Of a stretch of 64,000 bases of DNA, positions 1 to 9,307 are shown piece by piece. The position numbers were made by a program, and so were the translations under genes. This DNA comes from a bacterium (GTDB taxonomy: Bacteria; Electryoneota; JAOADG01), in the NCBI GenBank assembly GCA_026417415.1, contig JAOADG010000012.1, forward strand, positions 8,213 through 72,212, written 5' to 3'. The number at the start of each line of letters is the position of its first letter. Within the stretch, counting starts at the first letter, position 1. The notes beneath the pieces were generated by a model. That model made no database searches. It was not told the DNA's origin and saw only the letters and a list, made by a program, of their open reading frames with translations.

Positions 1-1
1 A

Positions 2-577
2 ACCGCAGCACATATTTGGTTAAAAGAGCACCTCAAAAAGATTCATTTCATCGCATTGGCATTAACCATAATGGGTGCGATCTTAATCACGTGGGGTGAT
101 ATACAAATTAAAAAAGAGTATCTGATTGGAGATATTTTAGCGCTTATTGGAGCAGCGTTGGCAGGAGGTTACTTATTTATAGCAAGGTTAACGCAAACAG
201 GATTCGTTGGTACAAAAGAAGGATTACATTTGTTTCAGTATCTACCGATTGTGTATTGGGTAGCCACCTTTGGTTTATTGGTTTTATGCATACTTTCAAA
301 TAACTCTTTTTTTCCATATTCCACAAAAACATGGTGGGCATTGCTTGGAACTGGAGTCGTTCCAACCATAATCGGACACAGCTTATTCAATTGGGCAATG
401 AAACACCTTCCTGCACTTACCGTGAACATTGCATTGGTTGGAGAACCGATTGGTTCTACCATTCTTGCATGGATTTTTTTTCAAGAACCGATCTCATTTG
501 GAATTTTGCTGGGAGGTCCAATTATGATCATTGCAGTCATTTTAGTAGTCAAATCACCAACAAAATCTGAAACTTGA
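2..577 (+). CDS. DMT/EamA-family membrane transporter, 5'-truncated by the window edge
   Basis: Frame is open from base 2. Multiple TM helices with GDILALIGA, PTIIGHSLFNWAM and EPIGSTILAW motifs typical of the second EamA repeat. Confidence 0.85.
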   Translation, partial: TAAHIWLKEHLKKIHFIALALTIMGAILITWGDIQIKKEYLIGDILALIGAALAGGYLFIARLTQTGFVGTKEGLHLFQYLPIVYWVATFGLLVLCILSNNSFFPYSTKTWWALLGTGVVPTIIGHSLFNWAMKHLPALTVNIALVGEPIGSTILAWIFFQEPISFGILLGGPIMIIAVILVVKSPTKSET

Positions 578-611
578 GAGAAATAACAAGAAGTGAAATT
601 TAAAGTATAAA

Positions 612-1406
612 CTACTGTAATTTTCTTGCTAAAATATGTACACGATCATCGTTTTCTGAACCGCGAGAAAAGGTCGTATTGGAATAGACCGAAAGAATGT
701 GAAAATTAGCTTGTGAAGCGGTTTGTATCATTTCATCAATGGAATAAATTTTTTGCATGTGTTTTTCTACATAGACCGTAGTGGGATCGTTTGAATGGAT
801 GATTTCAAAATCATTGTAGTGGATTTGATTTTCTTCATTGTACCAACTGTGTCGCCAATAAGTCCAATCACCATAAGTTTGGATTTCACACCAATGGTTT
901 AGATTCCGCAAACTGTTTCGTTCAGTACATAAATCAAACAAAAACAATCCATTTGGGATCAGAGCATTATACACTCGTTGAAAAAACTTTAGTACTTCTG
1001 TAATGTTCAATAAATAGTTCATACTATCATATACAGTAAAAAGTGCAGCAAGATTTTGAAAGGTAAAGGTGTGAAAACTTTCTACTTCAAAGTTTAATTG
1101 ATAATTTGATTTTTTCCTTGCAACTTGAATCATTTCTTCAGATGCATCAAAGCCAGTAATTGCAATTCCTTTTCGAAACAATTGAATGGTGATATTTCCT
1201 GAACCACAACCACCTTCACACCAAATGCCATTTGGTACGTTTGAGCGCTTGAAAACTTCGTAAATGTAATTGGACCAAAAAATGTAATTCACATGCCACA
1301 TTAGTTGGTCATAAAAGTTTGACAAAAGACAATAGGGTTTTATTGGTATAACGCGATTAGCAGTTGTTGACAATGGCTTCGGCTGCTTAGAGGACTTTGA
1401 ACGCAT
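612..1406 (-). CDS. Class I SAM-dependent methyltransferase
   Basis: EGGCGSG motif I, GFDASEEM motif II, YDSMNY, and L.PNGLFLFD; first ATG at 1406. Confidence 0.85.
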   Translation of the reverse strand: MRSKSSKQPKPLSTTANRVIPIKPYCLLSNFYDQLMWHVNYIFWSNYIYEVFKRSNVPNGIWCEGGCGSGNITIQLFRKGIAITGFDASEEMIQVARKKSNYQLNFEVESFHTFTFQNLAALFTVYDSMNYLLNITEVLKFFQRVYNALIPNGLFLFDLCTERNSLRNLNHWCEIQTYGDWTYWRHSWYNEENQIHYNDFEIIHSNDPTTVYVEKHMQKIYSIDEMIQTASQANFHILSVYSNTTFSRGSENDDRVHILARKLQ

Positions 1407-1414
1407 CAATCAAA

Positions 1415-2050
1415 TTACATTTTTTTATTGGTTAAAAAGAAACTTAATGACTCAATTTCATAAGCCATATTTTCTTGTCGGACAAAAACATTTTGAGGAA
1501 CTTGTAGGGTAACTGGAGCAAAATTTAAGATGGCACGACATCCAGCTTGAACGGCTAAATCTGCTGCGGCTTGGGCTGAATGAGCTGGAACGGAGATGAT
1601 GGTGATGGCAATCTCAAATTCTTTGTAAAATAACTCGGCATCCTTTGGTGATTGAATCGTTAATCCATTGACTTTTGTACCAATTTTGTCTGGATCGTTA
1701 TCAATAAGCAGTTTGATATTAAAGCCGCGATTGCGAAATCCTTCATAAGCCACTAAAGCACGCCCTATATTTCCGACTCCAATCAATGCGACATTCCAAG
1801 TTCGGTTTAAACCTAATAATTTACTGATGCTTGTCATTAAAGTGAGTACATTGTACCCTAAACCACGTCGCCCAAACGCTCCAAAATAAGAAAGATCTTT
1901 ACGAACTTGTGCTGCTGTGATTTTGTTTTCTGCTGCAATGTACTGACTCGAAACCGTACGAATTCTTTGCTGATGTGCTGACTCAAGTGTTCGTAAATAC
2001 ATAGATAAACGACGTATGGTTGCATCGGATAAACGTGTCTCTAATGCCAT
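1415..2050 (-). CDS. rex: Redox-sensing transcriptional repressor Rex
   Basis: ATIRRLSMYLR, QVRKDLSYFGAFGRRGLGY winged helix, GVGNIG Rossmann motif, ILNFAP. Confidence 0.97.
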   Translation of the reverse strand: MALETRLSDATIRRLSMYLRTLESAHQQRIRTVSSQYIAAENKITAAQVRKDLSYFGAFGRRGLGYNVLTLMTSISKLLGLNRTWNVALIGVGNIGRALVAYEGFRNRGFNIKLLIDNDPDKIGTKVNGLTIQSPKDAELFYKEFEIAITIISVPAHSAQAAADLAVQAGCRAILNFAPVTLQVPQNVFVRQENMAYEIESLSFFLTNKKM

Positions 2051-2126
2051 ATGAACCTCACAAAATGGTTAAACTAAAGTTAACTGCAAATTGATTCGAG
2101 CGAAACAAAAAAACGTAAAAACAAAA

Positions 2127-4742
2127 TTATTCTGTTCCCCCTAACAACAATTCATTGCCATTGTCATCGTTGTCACCATTGGAATCTGGTGCAACTTTGG
2201 TAATGTCAGCAATGGTTTCGCCTTCTTCTAATTTGATTAATTTTACACCTTGTGTTGCTCGACCTGTTACCCGAATTTGACTTACGGGCTGCCGAATGGC
2301 AGTACCTCCGGTGGTTATCACCATTAAATCATCTTCATCTTTTACCAGAAGCAATGCAATCATTGGACCGTTACGTTGATTCGCTTTTACTGCAATAACG
2401 CCTTGACCACCTCGGTTTTGAATGCGATACTCATCTAAAGTTGTGCGTTTGCCAAATCCGTGATCCGTAACCGCAAGCAAAGTGTACTCTGTTTTTGTAT
2501 CAACATCTTTATCTACTACAACAAAACCGATCACATAATCATCTTTGGATAAAGTAATTCCTCGTACACCTTCGGTGTTTCGGCCTGTTTCACGAACCGA
2601 TTCTTCATCAAACCGAATGCACTTCCCATGATGGGTCCCGATGATAATTTGTTGTGCACCATTGGATACAAGTGCTTGAACCAAATCATCCCCTTCTCTT
2701 AATGAAATTGCAATGATGCCAGTTTTGCGTTCAAATTTGAACTCTTCAAGAGAGGTCTTTTTCACTTTGCCTTGTCTAGTGACGAAAACGATATATTGAT
2801 TGGGATGATAGTTTTGGGCTGGAATGAGCGCACGAATTTCTTCACCTTTTTCACGATCAATAGGAATCAAATTCACAATTGGAGTACCGCGTGATGTACG
2901 ACTGGCTTGGGGAATTTCAAACACCTTTAAGTAAAAACAACGTCCATGATTTGTAAAAATTAATAGCGTATCATGGGAATTGGCAGTAAATAAATGATCA
3001 ATCCAATCGGTCTCTTTGGGTTTAGTCGCTTGTAATCCTTTGCCACCGCGGTTTTGACGTCTTAGTGTACTTACAGGCATACGCTTAATGTATTGTTGGT
3101 GGCTAATGGTGACAATCATTTCTTCATTGGGAATTAAATCTTGCCAACCAATTTCACTGGTTTCCAATGTTATTCGGGTGCGACGGTCATCCCCATAATT
3201 CGCTTCAATTTCTTTAAGTTCTTGTTTGATGACTTCGCGTTGTTTCATCGGGTCATTCAACAGATTTTCTAATTCAAGAATGATTTCACGTAAAGATTGA
3301 ATTTCTTCTTCTAACTTTTGTCTTTCCAAACCAGTAAGTCGTGAGAGACGCATTTCTAATATCGCTTTGGCTTGTTCTTCGCTCAGTCCTTGACCTTCAA
3401 CAACTTTTGCCATCGTAAGTGTAAGTTGAAGTTGTTGCATCAATGCGTATGTGCGTTCATATGTGAAAAAGAGCATTAAATCATTTTTTGCATCTTCAAC
3501 TGTTTTTGCAGAGCGAATGATTGTGACCACGCGATCAATATCATCTACTGCGAGACGCAAACCTAATGCGATGTGTAAACGATCACGCGCTTTTTTTAAA
3601 TCAAACTCTGCACGTCGGATAATCACTTGATTACGATGTTTTAAAAATGCTGTGCACAATTCTTTTAGGGTACAAACTTTTGGAATTCCATCCACTAAAG
3701 CCAAAAGAATAACTCCAAAAGTAGTTTGTAATGGGGTGTGTGCATACAATGCATTTTCGACTTGGGAGGCAAGTGAATCTCGTTTCAGATCAATTACAAT
3801 TCGCATCCCTTCACGATCGGATTCATCGCGTACGTCTGAAATTCCTTCTATTTTCCCTTCGTTAGCAAGTTCTGCGATTCGTTCAATCAGTTTGCTTTTA
3901 TTGACTTGATAAGGAATTTCACGTATCACCAAACGTTGCCGATTTCCTCGATCAGTTTCTTCAGTTTCTACAAGGCCACGAACGATAATCCGACCTCGGC
4001 CGGTGGTATAAGCATCCCGAATTCCCTCGATACCTAAGATGATACCACCAGTTGGAAAATCAGGTGCTAAGCAATAAACAGGGCTACGATTGCTGGGTAT
4101 TTGAATTAGTTCTTCATTAGTCAAATTGGGGTTGTCAAGAAGTGCTTCAAGAATCCAAACTATTTCACGCAAATTGTGAGGCGGTATATTAGTTGCCATA
4201 CCTACAGCAATCCCCGAACTTCCATTTACCAATAGGTTTGGAAGTTTACTAGGTAAAACGGATGGTTCTTTGAGAGTATCGTCGTAATTGGGAACAAACG
4301 GTACAGTTTCTTTGTCCAAATCTGCCAGCATTTCTTCTGCTAAACGTTGTAAGCGTGATTCGGTATATCGCATTGCAGCAGCACCATCTCCATCAATGCT
4401 GCCAAAGTTACCTTGACCATCAACTAAAGGGTATCGCAAACTAAACGGTTGAACCATCCGAACGAGTGTGTCATAAATCGCTGCATCGCCATGGGGGTGA
4501 TATTTACCCATAACATCACCCACAATTCTGGCTGACTTTTTGTAAGGCCTACCGGCTGTTGCGCCAATTTCTTGCATTCCATATAAAATGCGGCGGTGAA
4601 CAGGTTTTAGTCCATCACGAACATCCGGTAATGCACGTGAAACAATGACGGACATGGAGTAATCTAGATAGGACGATTTCATCTCGTCCGTAATATCTAC
4701 AGGGATAATTTGGCTATTGTCAAAAATGGTATCTTGGTTCAT
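2127..4742 (-). CDS. gyrA: DNA gyrase subunit A
   Basis: [27 protein letters not shown] catalytic Tyr, GyrA-box QNRGGKG, C-terminal pinwheel repeats. Start moved to the ATG at 4742 (MNQDT) because the longer N-terminus is not GyrA-like. Confidence 0.97.
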   Translation of the reverse strand: MNQDTIFDNSQIIPVDITDEMKSSYLDYSMSVIVSRALPDVRDGLKPVHRRILYGMQEIGATAGRPYKKSARIVGDVMGKYHPHGDAAIYDTLVRMVQPFSLRYPLVDGQGNFGSIDGDGAAAMRYTESRLQRLAEEMLADLDKETVPFVPNYDDTLKEPSVLPSKLPNLLVNGSSGIAVGMATNIPPHNLREIVWILEALLDNPNLTNEELIQIPSNRSPVYCLAPDFPTGGIILGIEGIRDAYTTGRGRIIVRGLVETEETDRGNRQRLVIREIPYQVNKSKLIERIAELANEGKIEGISDVRDESDREGMRIVIDLKRDSLASQVENALYAHTPLQTTFGVILLALVDGIPKVCTLKELCTAFLKHRNQVIIRRAEFDLKKARDRLHIALGLRLAVDDIDRVVTIIRSAKTVEDAKNDLMLFFTYERTYALMQQLQLTLTMAKVVEGQGLSEEQAKAILEMRLSRLTGLERQKLEEEIQSLREIILELENLLNDPMKQREVIKQELKEIEANYGDDRRTRITLETSEIGWQDLIPNEEMIVTISHQQYIKRMPVSTLRRQNRGGKGLQATKPKETDWIDHLFTANSHDTLLIFTNHGRCFYLKVFEIPQASRTSRGTPIVNLIPIDREKGEEIRALIPAQNYHPNQYIVFVTRQGKVKKTSLEEFKFERKTGIIAISLREGDDLVQALVSNGAQQIIIGTHHGKCIRFDEESVRETGRNTEGVRGITLSKDDYVIGFVVVDKDVDTKTEYTLLAVTDHGFGKRTTLDEYRIQNRGGQGVIAVKANQRNGPMIALLLVKDEDDLMVITTGGTAIRQPVSQIRVTGRATQGVKLIKLEEGETIADITKVAPDSNGDNDDNGNELLLGGTE

Positions 4743-4969
4743 TATCTTTTCTTTCAAACTTTGAGAATCATCTGTACACATGAAAATTGAACAAACGGAA
4801 GGGGGCAAATTACCCCCCATTACAACCGCTGAAATATAAGAAAAATCAATACTTTGAACAAGTTCATCCGATTGAAAAAAGTAACATAGGAAGAAAAAAT
4901 AGAAGTTTGAAAACCATCAAAAAATTTGTACATTACTGCCGAAATTGTAATGGAAAGGAGGTGAAAAAA

Positions 4970-5161
4970 TTGCCTTATATTAAAGTTCGAGACAACGAAA
5001 CCTTTGAACGTGCATATCGTAGATTTACGAAAAGTTGTGAGAAAAGTGGATTAATGGCTGAAATCAGAAAACATGAACGTTATGAAAAACCTTCAGAAGC
5101 AAAGAAAAGAAAGTCAGCCGCTGCACGTAGAAAATTGCGAAAAGCAATGAGTCAAATGTAA
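4970..5161 (+). CDS. rpsU: 30S ribosomal protein S21
   Basis: AGGAGGTG SD then TTG start; MPYIKVRDNETFERAYRRF...YEKPSEAKKRK, 63 aa. Confidence 0.95.
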   Translation: MPYIKVRDNETFERAYRRFTKSCEKSGLMAEIRKHERYEKPSEAKKRKSAAARRKLRKAMSQM

Positions 5162-5166
5162 CAGTG

Positions 5167-5188
5167 ACCCCCTTAGACGGGGGTTTTT
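5167..5188 (+). terminator. Intrinsic terminator-like hairpin after rpsU
   Basis: ACCCCC-TTAGAC-GGGGGT followed by a short T run. Confidence 0.6.
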
Positions 5189-5210
5189 GGTAAATGTCTG
5201 GAGAAACAGT

Positions 5211-5672
5211 ATGAGTGAAACATTAGAACAACGGTTAATGCGTGATGCTCAAAATGCACTTAAAGAACAAAATAAACGTAAAAGAGAAATTTTAACTACA
5301 CTATTGGCTATTGTAAAAAAAGCACGGATAGATGCCGCTGGAAAACCGTTTGGTCCTGCAGAAGAACTCTCAGCATTGGAAAAAGCAAAAAAACAACGTG
5401 AAGAAGCCGTAGAAATTTATCGCCAAGCAGGAAAAACGGAACAAATGAATAAAGAGTTAGAAGAAATAGAAATCATCAAACAGTATTTGCCTGAGCAATT
5501 GTCCGAAGATGAAGTGAAAGCGATCGTTCAAAGAGCCATTGCTGAAACTGGTGCAACAACGATTAAAGAGATGGGAAAGGTAATGGCAATTGTTCAACCA
5601 CAGACGAAAGGAAGGTTTTCAGCAGAAAAAGTTGCACAAATCGTAAAACAAAATCTTAGCCAAAGTTCATAA
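5211..5672 (+). CDS. yqeY: GatB/YqeY domain protein
   Basis: KQREEAVEIY..AG, YLPEQLSEDEV, GATTIKEMGKVM; usual position after rpsU; GGAG upstream of ATG 5211. Confidence 0.92.
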   Translation: MSETLEQRLMRDAQNALKEQNKRKREILTTLLAIVKKARIDAAGKPFGPAEELSALEKAKKQREEAVEIYRQAGKTEQMNKELEEIEIIKQYLPEQLSEDEVKAIVQRAIAETGATTIKEMGKVMAIVQPQTKGRFSAEKVAQIVKQNLSQSS

Positions 5673-5752
5673 AAAAGTTTATCTTAATTAATTGACGACC
5701 ATTTGATATTTTTTAAAAGAACAACAAAACTGTCTTCAAAAAGGATGAACCC

Positions 5753-6694
5753 ATGCCTCCCTTAAGAACTCTTGACGAAGTTCGTTCTTTTGCCATTCGG
5801 ATTGCAGAACATTCTGGAAGATTAAAAGTAGCAGTACCTGCGGCCAATGATGATGATGTTATTGGTGCGTTAAAAGAAGCAGCCATTGAAGGTTTTATTG
5901 AAGCCATATTAATTGGTCCCAAAAGCGATATTCAATCCTTAACTGAGCAAGTTGATTTTCCAAAAGACCGATATGAAATCATTCATGAAACAGATGTGAA
6001 AGCAGCTGCCAACTTAGCGTGTAAATTAGCACAAAACGGAACTGCTCAACTCATTATGAAAGGAAATCTTCCTACAGGTACGCTTCTAAAAGCAGTTCTA
6101 ACCAAAGAGTATGGACTTCGTACAGGAAGGATTTTATCCCACGTTGCTGTTCTATCCATTCCACGATTACCAAGGTTACTGGGAATTACAGATGGTGGAA
6201 TGTTACCAGCGCCGGATGAAATTACACGTCCACAAGTTGTTGAAAATGCTGTTCAAGTATTTCATGCTTTAGGCATACAAAAACCAAAAGTTGCGTTATT
6301 GTCTGCCACGGATGATGTGGTTCCAGGGGTTCCGGTAACAAGAGATTTGGCCGCATTTGCGAAAGGTGCTGAACGTGGTGCTATTAAAAATGCAATTGTG
6401 GACGGACCGCTTGCTTTTGACAGCGCAGTTTGGGCTCCGATTACTGGACGTTTGCTTTTCCGATCACCAGTAGCAGGTGCAGCAGATATTGTGGTAGTTG
6501 GTTCGTTTGAGGCAGGAAACATTATCGTCAAAGCGTTGTATTTGCTTGCTGATGCTGGGATGGCGGGTGTGATCTGCGGTGCTAAGGTACCAGTTGCGTT
6601 GGTAAGTCGTTCAGATACTGCACAAAACAAAATGTATTCATTAGCATTGGCAACAGTCGTAGCCGCCTATGCAGATGGGAGAATTGGAGCATGA
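5753..6694 (+). CDS. Phosphate butyryl/acetyltransferase family protein
   Basis: LIMKG, LSHVAV, TDGG, PKVALLSA, DGPLAFD, EAGNI, SRSD motifs. Confidence 0.88.
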   Translation: MPPLRTLDEVRSFAIRIAEHSGRLKVAVPAANDDDVIGALKEAAIEGFIEAILIGPKSDIQSLTEQVDFPKDRYEIIHETDVKAAANLACKLAQNGTAQLIMKGNLPTGTLLKAVLTKEYGLRTGRILSHVAVLSIPRLPRLLGITDGGMLPAPDEITRPQVVENAVQVFHALGIQKPKVALLSATDDVVPGVPVTRDLAAFAKGAERGAIKNAIVDGPLAFDSAVWAPITGRLLFRSPVAGAADIVVVGSFEAGNIIVKALYLLADAGMAGVICGAKVPVALVSRSDTAQNKMYSLALATVVAAYADGRIGA

Positions 6695-7572
6695 TTGAAT
6701 CTGTGAATGCTAAAGCACTAAATGATTTTTTATCCATTTTACCAAAAAGAAATCACATTCGTTTGGGAATTCTTTTACCATCTCTCCCAGATGCTGCAAA
6801 TGCAATCAAAGCAGCAGTTAAACAAGAGTGGATCGTTCCTGTATTATTAGGAAACAAAAAAGATCAAGAATTGTTTTCTTACCTTTCTGGGGTGGATGCC
6901 GAATCCATTACAGCCGAAAATGCTTTGCAAGCCCTTGAGATAGCGATTAACGAAGAAAAGATTCAAGCCCTGTTAAGAGGTGAAGCAGGCGTTCACAATT
7001 TGTTTGCTACCTTATTGAGAATGCCTTCTTTTCGAATAGGGTGGATCTCTCAAGTAGCACTACTCCATTTAAATTCAAGAACATTCCTTTTATCGGACGC
7101 TGCAGTTACCTTGTTACCTACCTTAGAGCAAAAGGTAAAAATTGTTGAAAATGCGATCCGTGTTGCCAGAGTGATTGGATTTGATCCTCCAAAAGTTGCT
7201 TTGCTTGCTGCAGTTGAGACCATTTCAACCGACATTCCAGTTGGGATGCACGATGCAATTTTGGCAAAAATGAGTGAACGCGGACAGTTTGGAAATGCTT
7301 TATTGGAGGGCCCGCTTGCTTTGGATTTAGCAATATCCGAAGATGCTGCCAAAAAGAAAAAAGTAAAAAGTCCTGTTGCTGGAAACGCAAATGTTTTAAT
7401 TGCACCGAACTTAGAAGTTGGCAACGGTTTATACAAAGCGTTGATTACACTTGCTGGTGCCGCTTCTGCATCCGTGGTAGTAGGAGGTTCAATTCCTATC
7501 GCTTTGCCGTCAAGATCAGATAGCATAGAAGCGTTTATCAATTCAATTTTACTAACCTCTATTCTATCTTAA
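6691..7572 (+). CDS. Second phosphate butyryl/acetyltransferase family protein
   Basis: SDAA, PKVALLAAVE, EGPLALDLAIS, PNLEVGN.LYK, PSRSD; 4-bp ATGA overlap with the upstream paralogue. Confidence 0.88.
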   Translation: MIESVNAKALNDFLSILPKRNHIRLGILLPSLPDAANAIKAAVKQEWIVPVLLGNKKDQELFSYLSGVDAESITAENALQALEIAINEEKIQALLRGEAGVHNLFATLLRMPSFRIGWISQVALLHLNSRTFLLSDAAVTLLPTLEQKVKIVENAIRVARVIGFDPPKVALLAAVETISTDIPVGMHDAILAKMSERGQFGNALLEGPLALDLAISEDAAKKKKVKSPVAGNANVLIAPNLEVGNGLYKALITLAGAASASVVVGGSIPIALPSRSDSIEAFINSILLTSILS

Positions 7573-7574
7573 AA

Positions 7575-8639
7575 TCAGATCGCAAAACGAATAAATAATA
7601 CATCTCCATCTTGTACAAGATAGTTCTTACCTTCAAGGCGAACTAAACCTTTTTCTTTTAATAAATGCATAGATTGATGTTGTAAAAGATCTTCGCAACG
7701 TGAAACTTCTGCACGGATAAATCCTCGTGCCAAATCACTATGGATCGTAGCAGCCGCACCTACAGCGGTGGTATTTCGTTTGATGGTCCATGCACGACAT
7801 TCCTCTTCACCTACAGTGAAAAAGGTGATGTAATCTAATAGATGGTAACAAGTTCTAATAACCTTGTGTGATGCAGGTTCGTGAATTCCTAATTCCTCTA
7901 AAAATAGATCGCGATCCGCTTCTTCCAATTCACTGATTTCTCGTTCTAGTTCACCTTGCAGTGCAAGGAATTCACTGCGGATAGTTAACTCCGATTGAAT
8001 TTGCTTTTCCCATTCCTCAGCTTGATGAAAATAGAATTCACTTAAATTCAAAATCACCAAAAGCGGTTTGTAACTTAGAAATTGAAAACCACGCAACAGT
8101 TTATCTTCTTCATTTGTAAAGGTAAGCGTACGAAGTGGTTGATTTTGATCCAAAACCTCTTTGCACTTTTCTAATAGTTTTAATTCTACATTGAATTGTG
8201 GATTTTGCATTTTTTTGAGTTGGACTTGAAGTTTTTCTATTCGTTTTTCTATAATTCCTAAATCATTCAATAGAAATTCTTCTTCTGCGATATTGAATTC
8301 ACGAACGGGATTAGGTGGCAGTCCATCTTCCCCTTCAAATCCTCGTACAACTAAAGCAAGCGCATTGGTTTGTGAAAGAGCTTTTAAAAAATCTTCTTCA
8401 TACCCTTTTTTTCCTGTACCACTCTCTAATCCACCGACGTCAACAAATTCAACGGTAGCGTAGATTTCCCTTTTTGGATTGTAAATTTGGCTTAATTTAG
8501 GCAATCTAGTGTCAGGAACCTTTGCAACACCATAGTGAGTTTCTCGTTTACCGTAACTACGCTCAATACGTTGTCCAACTAAAGCTGAGAAAATGGTAGT
8601 TTTTCCTACACGTGGTAAACCAACTAATCCTACTTGCAC
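7575..8639 (-). CDS. ychF: YchF/Obg-family ATPase
   Basis: GLVGLPRVGKTT, FVDVGGL, TFFTVGEEECRAW, IHSDLARGFIRAE, RLEGKNY.VQDGD. Confidence 0.93.
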   Translation of the reverse strand: MQVGLVGLPRVGKTTIFSALVGQRIERSYGKRETHYGVAKVPDTRLPKLSQIYNPKREIYATVEFVDVGGLESGTGKKGYEEDFLKALSQTNALALVVRGFEGEDGLPPNPVREFNIAEEEFLLNDLGIIEKRIEKLQVQLKKMQNPQFNVELKLLEKCKEVLDQNQPLRTLTFTNEEDKLLRGFQFLSYKPLLVILNLSEFYFHQAEEWEKQIQSELTIRSEFLALQGELEREISELEEADRDLFLEELGIHEPASHKVIRTCYHLLDYITFFTVGEEECRAWTIKRNTTAVGAAATIHSDLARGFIRAEVSRCEDLLQHQSMHLLKEKGLVRLEGKNYLVQDGDVLFIRFAI

Positions 8640-8740
8640 GTTTTCATTCCTTCTACGATTATTCTTAATATAATGTAGAAGATTTTGAAATTTGGAATGT
8701 TATATTCATAGCAATTATAATCATTCCGTAAGGAGTGGAG

Positions 8741-9286
8741 ATGCTAACACCAGAACGAGCACAATTAGAAGCAATCTTGTTTGCAACCGATCTTCCCCTG
8801 ACCATTACAAAAATCGCTGAATTGTTAGTAATGCCTGTGGGACGTGTAGAGCGCGAAATTGAAATGTTGGAAGAATATTATCAAACCAATGGACATGCAC
8901 TTACTGTGTCACGTGAAGGAAATGCTGTTCGTTTAAGAACCAGAAAAGAATTTGCTGAAATTGTGATTGCGGTTCGTGGTGAGCCACCACGTTTAACCAA
9001 AGCAGCATTGGAAACACTTGCCATTATCGCTCTTTCTGAGCAAGCGGTTACAAGAACAACCATAGAAAGAATAAGAGGAGTAGATTCAGAAACCGTAATC
9101 AATGGATTGGTCGCAAGAGGTTTGATTGAGGAAGCAAAACGCGAAGATACAATAGGAAGACCTATTGTATATCGCGTCACGGAACTGTTTTGTGAATTGT
9201 TTGGGCTATCTGATATTAGTGAATTAAAAACTGAGTTTCAGAAATTACAAAAGACAGAGCAACCGAATACCCTTGAACGAACTTGA
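8741..9286 (+). CDS. scpB: SMC-Scp complex subunit ScpB
   Basis: LEAILFA, LTKAALETLAIIA, IERIRGVDS, GRPIVYRVT..F..LFGL; ATG at 8741 follows AGGAG. Confidence 0.93.
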   Translation: MLTPERAQLEAILFATDLPLTITKIAELLVMPVGRVEREIEMLEEYYQTNGHALTVSREGNAVRLRTRKEFAEIVIAVRGEPPRLTKAALETLAIIALSEQAVTRTTIERIRGVDSETVINGLVARGLIEEAKREDTIGRPIVYRVTELFCELFGLSDISELKTEFQKLQKTEQPNTLERT

Positions 9287-9307
9287 AATTTGACTAATTA
9301 GAAAAGA

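Noticed and set aside
2051-2070. Possible Rex operator upstream of rex (TTGTGAGGTTCATA on the minus strand)
   Set aside because: Half-site spacing does not fit TTGTGAA-N4-TTCACAA, and the GAGG is explained as the ribosome-binding site.
4787-4969. 61-aa N-terminal extension of S21 in the ORF track
   Set aside because: A strong AGGAGGTG SD precedes the TTG at 4970, which gives a normal-length S21; the extension is an ORF-calling artefact. The same applies to the extended starts of gyrA, yqeY and the DUF3467 gene.
6262-7541. Antisense ORFs of 122 and 163 aa over the acyltransferases (likewise over atpE, atpG, the gltG-like gene and hlyC)
   Set aside because: They are shadow frames of well-supported genes, with no motifs or SD sites.
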